From: Octopus sinensis
Taxonomy: Eukaryota
NCBI RefSeq assembly: GCF_006345805.1
Contig: NW_021836460.1
Coordinates: 1-24,384, forward strand
Direction: 5' to 3'
DNA: 24,384 bases
Both the position numbers and the translations under genes were made by a program. The notes beneath the pieces are model-generated. The model was not told the origin of the DNA. It saw nothing but the letters and a program-made list of their open reading frames with translations, and did no database searches. Below, in pieces: positions 9,562-19,786 of the stretch; the first letter of the stretch is position 1, and each line of letters begins with the position of its first letter.

Positions 9562-11110
9562 ATGTCCTCCAGATAACCATAATGGTTTCCTGATTTCTCG
9601 ATTTAAAAGTTCTAAGAATCCATTCGGTCAGCCGTCTGCATTTCATTGCCATCTTAGCAACATGCACATGGAAGGATGCATCATTACTCATGTAAATACC
9701 TAGGTCTCGCATTGATTGTGTTTCTGGGATAGTAATTCCTCCAAGTCTAGTGAATTTAATTGGTATTGCACTTAGTTTTGTATGCTGATAGCATTGGGCT
9801 TAAAAACTTTTTAACATTAAACTGCATATTATTATTCTTAGCCCACAGGTATGTTTCATCTAACTCATGTTGCAGGTGCAAATCGTCTTCGGGGTTCTGT
9901 GTCACCAGTGAGTCTTTTGTATTATCTGCATAAATTGTGATTGTGGCTCTCTGTGTGGCTGAGGGCATATCTAAGAGGGCCATTATAAACAGTGGTGGTC
10001 CCAAAACAGTGCCTTGCGGAACACCGCTCACTATTCGCGTGTCATTGGAGGTGGCCCCATTGGTAACTACTGCTTGACTTCTATCTTTCCGAAAGTCATG
10101 CAGCCATTCTCACAATTTCCCGGCTATGTCGAGATCACGCACTTTGTGACATATCATTCCATGATCAACTTTGTCGAAAGCCATTGCAAAGTCGAGATAT
10201 ATCGCATCCACATTTGAGAGGTTTCAATACCCACTCATAATGTTGTAAGAGCTGAGTTAGGCAGCTTCGTCCTGGTCGGAATCCATGTTGGATGTCAGCC
10301 AGCAAGGAAGATGATTAATTTTCTTCTAACTATTCGTTCCATGACTGTGTTGATGTGCAAGGTCAGAGAGATAGGTCTGTAGTTTGGGCCTCTGTTCTGC
10401 TACCTCTTTTATGAATGGAACGTATTTTACCTTCCTTCAGCTGCTCTGGAAGAGAGACTGCAGTGGGCTTGCTAGAACTCGCTTACATGATTTTAGAAGG
10501 ATTGCTGGGAATTCATCAGGGTCAATAGCTGAGTTCGGGTTCATCTCTTCTATAACCCATATTATATCGTCTTCTTTCATACTGATGTAATCAATCATAA
10601 CTGCCTCAGTTTTTGTATCTGCAAGGGCGGAAAGGTCAGCTTGATTGCTGACTTGCAAGTGTCCTTGCGGTGTAGGTCGAAATACTTTTGAATTGCTCAT
10701 TTAGTATTTCATTTATCCTCATTGGGTTTCCTGTGAGTGAACCATCTTTTTCGAGGAGTGGCCCTATCCTGCAGTGCGCCGAGGCTGTTTCCCTGGCAAA
10801 CTTGTAAAAGGCCTTGGGGTTAGATTTTATATTGTCTATAATAACCCAGGCTTCTTTGCTCTTTCTTTTTCAGACTTTTTTCAATCTCCAGCAGTTATAT
10901 TTTCAGACGAGATTTTTCACTGCTTTCAATTTATTTTGTTTAGGCGATTTGAAATCTTTGTACAGCATCTCATAAGAACTTTCCTCTCCCTGAGGTTTTT
11001 GTGCTTGTGCACAGTGGCTTTTCTCTCCGGGACACATTTGTAGCATATGGCTTGCATTACAGACATGAATTGTTGAAGTTTCATGTTCATACCAAAGTTT
11101 CATGTCGATA
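9562..11110 (-). mobile_element. CR1-group (CR1/L2-like) LINE ORF2 pseudogene: linker plus reverse transcriptase, multiple frameshifts and stops
   Basis: SGVPQGTVLGPPLF and IYADNTK (RT motifs, YADD-like) in 9756..10031; DPDEFPAILLKSCK..PLQSLF in 10437..10700; NYRPISLTL near 10365-10392; DLGIYMS..FHVHV..WILRTFKSR in 9461..9712. Confidence 0.92.
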
Positions 11111-11126
11111 TACATATATATATATT

Positions 11127-11300
11127 GTAATTTGACTGCGGCCATGCTGGAGCACCGCCTTTAGTCGAACAAACCGACCCCAGTACTTTGTAAGCCTAGT
11201 ACGTATTCTATCTTACTCTTTTGCCAAACCGTTAAGTTGCAGGGATGTAAACACGCCAACGTCAGTTGTCAAGCGATGGTGGGTGGACAAACACACACAC
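11127..11300 (-). mobile_element. SINE family A tail
   Basis: GACTGCGGCCATGCTGGAGCACCGCCTTTAGTCGAACAAA.CGACCCCAG..GTAAGCCTAGTAC..GTTGTCAAGCGATG, near-identical blocks to 23095-23250. Confidence 0.9.
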
Positions 11301-11694
11301 AAATACATGCATTATATATATATATATATATATATACATGCTTGTATTCGAGTGTGTGTTTGGGGGTGTGTGCGTGTATATATACATATATATATATGTG
11401 TGTATGTGTGTTTGTATGTATGTGTGCGTGTGTGTGTTTGTGTGTGTGTAGCTACACACGTATGTATCGTCTTATTGACTGTTGAGGCAGATGATACAAT
11501 ACGATCGTAACCACACATTTGTTCGGTATTGACACAATACCTACGAATCAATACCTACAAATGATTATTTATTGATCTTTTATTATTATTATTTGTTTTG
11601 TTTCTGCCAAAATGATGTTTGACATAAGAACTAATGTTTTAGTTTAAGAAACGTCAATAATAACTTGGGATTAGCTCTGCTGTTTCAGAGGTGA

Positions 11695-12220
<526 letters not shown>

Positions 12221-12249
12221 AATAAATTGCTGATTTTGGGGGAATTAAA

Positions 12250-12465
12250 CAAACTAAGACCGATTGTGAAACAGTAAGTTGGTGGAGTAAGCACAAAGAC
12301 ATTACTCACACACACACATATATACGACAGGCTTCCTCGCCGTTTCCGACAGCAAAATTCATTCATATGGCTTAGTTGACTCCGAGCTATAGTAAAAGAT
12401 ACCTTGTCCAAATTAACTGCGGTGTGTGACTGAACCTGGAACCATAAAGTTATACGGTGAACTTC
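12250..12465 (-). mobile_element. SINE family A head and body, decayed
   Basis: ATATACGACAGGCTTC..GTTTCCG..GAGCTATAGTAAAAGA..GACTGAACCTGGAACCAT matches 23290-23420. Confidence 0.7.
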
Positions 12466-12518
12466 TGTGTGTATTTAAGTATGCATTTATGAACCTATCT
12501 ATAGGCCTACCTGTCAAC

Positions 12519-12670
12519 CTCTCTCTCTCTCTCTCTTTCACTCTCTCTCTCTCTCTCTCGCTATAGATATATGCTTGGGACATCAGATTTCGATACATAA
12601 GTGGATTCGCCACTCGGTATTCACTCCACTTTTTCCCACACAAATCAACACAAATTCTACCATATCCGAG

Positions 12671-12705
<35 letters not shown>

Positions 12706-12815
12706 TGTATGTATGTATGTATGTATGCATGTATGTATGTATGCATGTATGTATGAATACATACATATATAAGTATACGTATAAATGTGTGTATATATAT
12801 ATATATGCATGCATG

Positions 12816-12856
<41 letters not shown>
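12519..12856. repeat. (CT)n, (ATGT)n and (TA)n microsatellites
   Basis: (CT)n 12519-12559, (ATGT)n ~12676-12755, (TA)n ~12811-12856. Confidence 0.95.
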
Positions 12857-12859
<3 letters not shown>

Positions 12860-13519
12860 GAGGGTGTATGTGGGACTATTGTTGTTCCTAAACTCGCTTA
12901 ATAACACTAAAACCGGAACTTCTTGGGAATCTCATTCACTTTTTCTTTTATTCCCATCCTAACCTTTTAAAATATCTTCGCACTTTTATTTCTTTATTCA
13001 TTGCAAAGTCTGTGCTCTTCTATTCTTATTTCTTCCATAAAATCTAATAGCTTTCTTTTCTTTATTTTGTTCTTATATCCTAACCTCATAGTCGAAGATA
13101 CGTTCATACAATTAATGCTGTTCTCTCAGGTCATAACTCTCCATTTCTGTGCCAAGAAATAATTCTATTGAATTCGAAATGAAGGTTGTTAAGAAACTAT
13201 GGAAAACCTAGGGAGTGAGTGAGAGAGAGAGAGAGAGGGAGAGAGAGGGAACGAAAGAACGAGTTTATAATATGGTTTTACAGAAAATTCGCGATTTCGT
13301 TGTTCCAGCTAATTTCTGGTCTCAGAACAATTTATTTTGTTAGTTCTTACAAGAAAGTCTTCCTAGTGCACTCTGCATGTTTGTGGAACATTTCAGAAGT
13401 AAGTGGAAAAGTTTATCTCGAGGCTGTATTCGAGAATAATGGGGGCAGGAGGAATTTGCAGGTGTTGGTACAGTTATGCACCAGATCATGACGAAGGAAC
13501 CGTTGGTACAAAAATAGCC

Positions 13520-13830
13520 AATTCATTAAAATCAATAACTTCACTAATAGTCATTAATGTTGGCTAATGACTGAAAGTGTACGGTTACGAATACTAGTGG
13601 CCGAAATGAGGGTTCAACAGAGGATCTCTGAAGTAAGGCTACTCGACAGGGTGCATAGCTAGGAGATCAGAGAGACTGTCCAAGTTGAGCCGCTGCTCTC
13701 GCGCATTGAGAGTCATAGTTCCGTCACGTTGGATTAGAATATCAAAGGAGGGAATCGCATGATAGATTCTTCAGTAGACCAAGAGGTTTAACCAATAACG
13801 AGATGTGGACGAGATGATTTGATAATAATA
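13520..13830 (+). mobile_element. RTE-clade LINE ORF 3' remnant, second copy
   Basis: W.MTESVRLRILVAEMRVQQRISEVRLLDRVHS*EIRETVQVEPLLSRIE matches RTE WxMTExxRxRIQAAEMxFLRRI..EPLL.RIE; DNA similar to 1770-1860. Confidence 0.75.
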
Positions 13831-14052
13831 AAAATATCAGTTTGCTACTCTATGAACTCCAGCCTGAAAATCTAATGGCGGTTGCTTCTGACAAGCCTAT
13901 TTATGAAATGCCTGCGGGTTCTACTCACAGGACTATCTCAAGAATAATGGGCGAAAAGGTTGGATGGAATTCTTAGAAGCGTATACAGTGTTGCTCGAAG
14001 AGATAAAAGTTTACTTTTCAGTAAAATGCATTTTTACATTACGCAGAGGTAG

Positions 14053-14190
14053 GCGTGGCTGTAAGTTTAAGAAGTTTCCATGCCAATCATATGGGCTTCA
14101 GTTTAATCCCAAGCGAGGAAACTTGGGCAAGTGTATCTAATATAACCTTGGCCGTCCAAAGTCTTGTGTGTGGTTTTAGTAGAAGGAAAT
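14053..14190 (+). mobile_element. SINE family A head, decayed
   Basis: GCGTGGCTGT..AAGAAGTTT..CTTGGGCAAGTGT.TCTA.TATA.CCTTGGCCG.CCAAAG.CTTGTG.GTGG.TTT.GTAGA.GGAAA. Confidence 0.7.
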
Positions 14191-14194
14191 TGTG

Positions 14195-14265
14195 GGGAAG
14201 ACACTTGCCCAGGTGCTACCCAGTGACACTGAACCCAAGACCACATGATTGGGAAACAAACGTAT
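14195..14265 (-). mobile_element. SINE family A head fragment, inverted relative to the previous copy
   Basis: GAAGACACTTGCCCAGGTGC..CAGTGACACTGAACCC..ACCACATGATTGGGAA. Confidence 0.7.
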
Positions 14266-14293
14266 GTGTAAACAACACACACATGTATGTAAT

Positions 14294-14340
<47 letters not shown>

Positions 14341-14449
14341 TATATACCGGAGTAAACACATAAATGTGAAACAAGGTGGAAAAAAGAGTACTCAAATACC
14401 AGTGGTAGAGTATATGCTTTATTTTAAGCAGCAGAAAATTCAACAAAAT

Positions 14450-14487
14450 CTGTTACTCTGAGTTTCTCGTTGCCGTTCATCAGACAG
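14450..14487 (-). ncRNA. Minimal type I hammerhead motif, canonical CUGAUGA/GAAA core
   Basis: CUGU-CUGAUGA-ACG(GCAA)CGA-GAAA-CUCAGAG-U-A-ACAG: stem I 4 bp, GNRA loop II, near-palindromic stem III ACUCAGAGU, GUA triplet; 10.1:11.1 is an A:A mismatch. Confidence 0.65.
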
Positions 14488-14648
14488 TTTTTGCTAGAAT
14501 GGAACTGATATATTAATTCAATCTATACTCTTACAAACGCTACCCTTTAAAAGAATGGACTTGTTTGATTGGCCCTTTAGAAAAAACGGTCAATCTTCGA
14601 GCGATAAACAAAAAGGTCAAAAATATATGTATATATATATAAAAAAAC

Positions 14649-14725
14649 TTATAAAAATTATAAAAATTATAAAATCCGAGGAAAAAACCGAGGAAAAAAC
14701 CGAGGAAAAAACCGAGGAAAAAACC
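14649..14725. repeat. Short tandem repeats: TTATAAAAA x3 then CCGAGGAAAAAA x4
   Basis: 9-mer at 14649-14674; perfect 12-mer at 14676-14723. Confidence 0.95.
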
Positions 14726-15533
14726 TATTGCCGTTAATGAAGACAGTACAAATTAATGCATAGAAATTAAACCTGTTATAAATACTGCAATACATATTTA
14801 TATTAAAATCCACATATATATATCAACATACACAAAAGGATGCGCGTAAACGCCATACATACATATACAGACGTATGAATATGAATCTAAATTATACACA
14901 TAAAAGCATGTGTACATATATTCACGCAAACCGTCTCGCACGCAAGCTAAAATTCATCTATGTAGCAATTCTCATATACTGAGCAAGGAGGGGAAACGAA
15001 AGAAAGGGAAAGAGAGAAAAAGGAACGAAAGAGGGGGGGGAAACTTGTAGCGATGTTATTGGCATCTATAGAGGCCAGTATACATACACAAGCTTGAATT
15101 GATACATATACATACCGTCGTGTGTATGCGTGCTTAAGCACAAGCATACTTTCACTTACACATACACAGATACGCATGCTTACAAATACATATGGTTTGC
15201 TATACACATACTTATATAAATATTCTAATTTTGACAACATTGCTTTTTTTTTAAAAAAACATTGCTTTTAAAAAATGGGTGCATTAATAAAAATATATAC
15301 GAAAGACATATAAAATATAACATCCTATTTTGGGTCATTTATAAATAATCAAGGTAATATAAATAATCAAGGTAATCCTATGCAATACAATAACATGAAA
15401 ACAAAGTTTGTAGGTTTTCCTAATATATATGTAGAAACAATAAGACTTTGCTATAGATCCGTCGTAGCGCTTAAGAGTCAAAATCAAAATCAAAATCAAA
15501 ATACAAAATATATACTCTATCCATATGGTATAT

Positions 15534-16380
15534 TTATATTCGACATTTAAATTTAGCCGCGTGCCTACATAAGTTCATTAACTCACTTCTTTGATTCAAA
15601 GAATTATTGTCTTTGAAAAAGATGTGCATTTCTCTAATAAGCAAAGCTTGCACTTGAAATTATATTTGTAAGCTCCATGCCTGTATGGTGCCGCCCTGTC
15701 CAGAATGCTCCATGTCACGTTGAAAGGTGGGGCTTCCTTTTCTTTTAGTTCCCAGACATATTTGCTAGGCTGGTTTTCTTCCTATTCTCTGGGTATTTAA
15801 AAGAATTCTTATGAGAATAAAATCTTGTTTTAAATGAATTTTCTGAAGCCCTTGTGTATGTCTTGTATTCCGATGAGCCTTCCACTTGCACCTTGGCTCT
15901 ATAAACTACTCCTTTCACTAGACATTTCCCTTCTAACGGACAGGAGCTTTCGTTTTTGAAATTACATTTCTTAATGGGCTCGGCACCATGTCTAATCTCA
16001 TTAGCTTCCTATTATGTTGGCTAATGTAAGAGGCGAAATTTCTGCAACAAGAATAGCTAACCTTCAGGGTTCTTCTATTAAATATTCTGTAGAATTTATG
16101 ACCCTGCTTAAAATGCTTAGAGACTAATCTCAAAAATTCCTTACCTATATTAGTCTTTACGGCCAAATTGAAAGCCGGGTTGAACCACAAAACTTTCCTG
16201 GTCCTAGTTCTTCGGTGCAGCATTATTATTAGCATTAAGCTGGTTGAACTGGATCTTTCCGAGAATCCACTATTCTTTTATGCGCTATCGTAATAAGGTG
16301 CAGCATTATGGAATGCTGCCTCGTCCGAAGAAATTGAAGATATCCTTCTACCTACATTGCTGACTAAGTTGCTAAGGATA
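15534..16380 (-). mobile_element. Penelope-like element, 5'-truncated: end of RT thumb, linker and GIY-YIG endonuclease (frameshifted)
   Basis: RKVLWFNPAFNLAVKTNIGKEFLRLVSKHF..IFNRRTLKVSYSC (ORF 15933..16235); CNFKNESSCPLEGKCLVKGVVYRA..KTYTRASENSFKTRFYSHKNSF; YVWELKEK..WSIL..APY..CKLCLLEK; LNQRSELMNLCRH, stop at 15534-15536. These are hallmark Penelope-clade motifs. Confidence 0.92.
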
Positions 16381-16389
16381 TATATATAT

Positions 16390-16420
<31 letters not shown>

Positions 16421-16646
16421 GCATGTAATGTACATATATGCATATATATATATATTATTCAAATTGTAACTCAAATTGAAGATATAGCCACGAAACGTAC
16501 GTAGTCTATTTACTAATTATATATGTTTGTTTATTATGTACCTTATTGTGATCTAGATAAATGTTTATCATATATTTATTTTCATACGTGTGTGTGATTT
16601 ACGTCTATCATTGGTTGAATTACATAACAGTGGTTTTTCTCTAATT

Positions 16647-16730
<84 letters not shown>

Positions 16731-16731
<1 letters not shown>

Positions 16732-16933
16732 ACAATTGCAGCGGGGAAGGTGTTTATAAGCCAATTAAGAAACACAGAAAGCCGTTCGATTCACATCAAA
16801 TTTAAGTTTAATTTGTCAAAATATTTTCGGTCGTTTTAAGACCACGACCTGTTCACCGACAAAAACCGGTGAATCGAACGGCTTTTGTGTGTTTCTTAAA
16901 TGGCTTACAAACACCTTCCACGCTGCAATTGTT
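16731..16933. repeat. Fold-back: 64/65-bp inverted arms (16731-16794, 16869-16933) around a 74-nt loop holding an HHR
   Basis: Arms differ by 4 substitutions and 1 indel on my manual alignment; preceded by (TA)n. Confidence 0.92.
16812..16863 (-). ncRNA. Minimal type I hammerhead motif with G3:C8 compensatory core
   Basis: UUUGUCG-GUGAACA-GGUCG(UGGUCUUAAAA)CGACC-GAAA-AUAU-U-U-UGACAAA: stem I 7 bp, stem II 5 bp, stem III palindrome AAUAUU. Confidence 0.7.
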
Positions 16934-17050
16934 TTCGTTTCAGCACACGATCTCAGATCAAATCACTTGCTATGCAAGTACATCCCTATATATATCCATT
17001 ATTTACATTATTTACACTTGAAGATATTTGTCCTCATCTTGTTTATTGTT

Positions 17051-17096
17051 AACACAACGTTTCGGCTGATATACACTCCAGCCTTCTTCAGGTCTC
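17051..17096 (-). ncRNA. Minimal type I hammerhead motif
   Basis: GAGAC-CUGAAGA-A-GGCUG(GAGUGUAUAU)CAGCC-GAAA-CG-U-U-GUGUU; stem III ACGU; one G:G mismatch in stem I. Confidence 0.75.
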
Positions 17097-17242
17097 TTGG
17101 GGAAATTTCGAACATGAGTTCTCATTCTTAAGGTATCTTTCGATATTATTATTATTATTATTACTATTATTATTATTATTATTATTATGATAACATCGAA
17201 AAATAACTTAGGAATGAGAACCCCGGTTCCAAATTTCCCCAT

Positions 17243-17288
17243 GACACCTGATGAAGGCTGGAGGGTATATCAGCCGAAACATTGTGTT
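17243..17288 (+). ncRNA. Minimal type I hammerhead motif, stem III palindrome broken
   Basis: GACAC-CUGAUGA-A-GGCUG(GAGGGUAUAU)CAGCC-GAAA-CA-U-U-GUGUU; stem I 5 bp; ACGU changed to ACAU. Confidence 0.7.
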
Positions 17289-17953
17289 AACAAAAAAAAA
17301 AAAGGTGATGACAAATAACCGTCAAATGTAAATAAATGCAAATAATATACATTATTCCTCATCTCCTAAATATAGAACTGTATTACATATATATATCCAT
17401 ATATACATATGTAGATATATGTACATATACTTACACGTATTTAATTCTTAATTTCTAAATGATTACAGACTAATTTTAAAATTTCGAGCTCTGTTGTGCT
17501 GAAGAACTCTGAACAAGGGCAAAACTTGAATATCTGATAAATGAATTATATGAAAATATTATATGCTTTTCCCTCTTTTCACTCATAGAAAAAATATCTC
17601 TCAACATAAGGAAAATATCTTAATAATACTAATACTCTAGAAGTTTGTTCCCGAAATAGTTTGTTTGTCTCAGAAATAGTATATTTTATCTTAATTATTT
17701 TTACACATATATTTTCATATTTACTTTATGCAGTGCAATATGATGAATTTTTGTGACTTCTGTTTATTAATGAAAACGATTAAACACAATTTTTGTTTGT
17801 TATTTCTTGACAAAAAAAAACATGTCTTCCGTGACGTAAACAGACACATACAGAATACACACACATATAATGAATGTCATGGCGTGTGAATCAACACAAA
17901 CAAACGTATGACGCTACCTGTGACATATAAACACACACATTGTCTTCGTTCAT

Positions 17954-17956
<3 letters not shown>

Positions 17957-18024
<68 letters not shown>
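17957..18024. repeat. (CT)n microsatellite
   Basis: Directly visible. Confidence 0.97.
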
Positions 18025-18027
<3 letters not shown>

Positions 18028-18355
18028 TCACTCAGTAAGAAAAAACCGTTGACTTTTTGACGTACGCAATATTCTAATCATTAAGAAATATATTTAAGCG
18101 AATGTGATTTCAAAAGTGTAAGTTGTTTGTACAGTAAGTATTTATATTTTAGCTTTCTTTAAACAGACAATATTTTAATGTGAATACTAGCACAAAAATT
18201 TATTTTGGCATATTTAAAAAATATTTTAAAGTAAAAATTACTTTAAAAATGCAATAAATATTTTGTAAAAGACCCGTTCAAATACTCGGAGTGAAATAAT
18301 TTTTTCCATGGGTTTTTTCCAAGTGCATTCAACGTATCTCAGCTCCAAAGGTTTG

Positions 18356-18458
18356 GGCTGCTATTTCTAGCACGCCCAGATAACACGTAACAGCTATTTG
18401 CGATAAGGGACCTGAAATAGTTGTTACGTGGTTGCAGGGCATGCAAGAAATAGCAGCC
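18356..18458. other. Symmetric 44-position hairpin with 15-nt loop
   Basis: Arms 18356-18399 and 18415-18458; 38 of 44 positions pair on the plus strand (incl. 1 G:U), no bulges. Confidence 0.85.
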
Positions 18459-18789
18459 ACATCTTTCCTTTTCCGGGGAAAGGAGCCGCTTACGCGTGAT
18501 TTGGATGTCACATTCGTTAAAAGCATACGAAATAACTTGGAAAACAAAACAAAAAACCCGAACCAAAACTCCGTTGCTAGGAAGCTCAGACTTTCCAGGT
18601 GACCCAACGGGTCACGGGTAATCTGGTATATATATAAATCCTGAAGCGGTTTTCTCCCTTAAGAAGAATATTCACCCTCTCTTTCGTCCCTTAAGTAATC
18701 TCTCTCTCACTCCACAAACAATTATAAGCAATAGCAGTAGTTTCTAGTCAAATATCGACATACGCACACACACTTACACACACACACAA

Positions 18790-19020
18790 TGTTAGTCTCT
18801 CTGAACAGCCTGCACAAACGATATGTTTATAATGATAACATGGTCTGTGCTGTACATTCGCTCATTCTCTCCGTCAAATCGACGTTGCCTGAAAAACTTG
18901 CAGAGCAACCTCAGATAAGAGGACTTTGCTAAAGAACACAACGCACCACCTGGTACCGGAACTGAAACAGCGATCTAGCGACCGTGGGAGCAACAACCAA
19001 ACCACTATGGCACGCGCCCT
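18790..19020 (-). mobile_element. tRNA-derived SINE (family D), decayed
   Basis: Minus strand GGGCGCGTGCCATAGTGGTT (A-box-like), TTCAGTTCC (B-box-like), GCGTTGTGTTCTTTAGCAAAG..GTTGCTC. Confidence 0.55.
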
Positions 19021-19147
19021 CAGACAGACAGACGCTCATATGTTTATATATATGTATACGTATATTTACATCTACATATATATATACATATACATATAAT
19101 AGGTATATATAAATACGTATACATATATTCAGATACCTAATATATGC

Positions 19148-19195
<48 letters not shown>

Positions 19196-19211
19196 TATAT
19201 ATATATATACA

Positions 19212-19382
19212 TTAAATTAGAGATAAAACACTATTAGGCAAATCAAACAGTGAAAATTAAATTTAAACTTTTGAATTTTATATTTTATATATTTTGTTTT
19301 ATATTAATTAATTTTATTTCTATGTTTTGGTTTATGTTTTTCACTGTTTGATTTGCCTAATAGTGGTTTATCTCTACTTTAA
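19212..19382. repeat. Fold-back with 45-bp arms flanked by (TA)n
   Basis: 19212-19256 vs 19338-19382, 43/45 complementary; 81-nt AT-rich loop. Confidence 0.9.
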
Positions 19383-19524
19383 TATATATATTTATACTGT
19401 AAAATTAGATTTAATCCTAAATCTAATTTTTCCTTGTAAGTTTGGATTTACTCCCTAATATTATTATTATTATTTATTATATACTATATATAGATATATA
19501 TAGATATATATATATTATATATAT

Positions 19525-19562
<38 letters not shown>

Positions 19563-19786
19563 GAGATTTGTTGCGGATTTCCACTTCGGCACGAAACTCA
19601 GAATTTTATCTTGGCTATTGAATAATTGTCACATAAATTTCCTCTATTTACATAATACTGAGGTCTCTTTTTCTTTTGTTATCTTACCGTTTTTACCATA
19701 CATATACACATATTTATACAAAAAATCTCTTTCTGTGTGCATGTGTGTGTCTGTACACACACGCGAGCGCCTGCACGTTTGGAGGT

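Larger units (their letters stand above)
16996..17347. repeat. Diverged ~150-bp inverted repeat pair (16996-17146 minus, 17190-17347 plus) around (ATT)n; each arm is a PLE-type terminus with an HHR
   Basis: ATCGAAA.ATA.CTTA.GAATGAGAAC...GTTC.AAATTTCCCCA.GA.ACCTGA.GAAGGCTGGAG.GTATATCAGCCGAAAC.TTGTGTTAACAA present on both strands. Confidence 0.9.

Noticed and set aside
10505-10525. CTGATGA on the minus strand
   Set aside because: Encodes PDEF in the LINE ORF2; no hammerhead stems.
16470-16510. GCCAC-GAAA-CGTACGT-AGTC, resembling the 3' half of a hammerhead with palindromic stem III
   Set aside because: No matching 5' stem II arm or stem I partner upstream (only TTGAAGAT); at best a deleted remnant.
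18329-18607. Minus-strand ORFs 18329..18607 and 18339..18566 with a strong acceptor near 18540
   Set aside because: No recognisable homology; openness is partly explained by the GC-rich palindrome; a 42-nt exon is possible but unsupported.
19570-19610. CGGCAC-GAAACTCAGA, similar to the 3' half of the 14450 hammerhead
   Set aside because: No core or complementary stem arms upstream.
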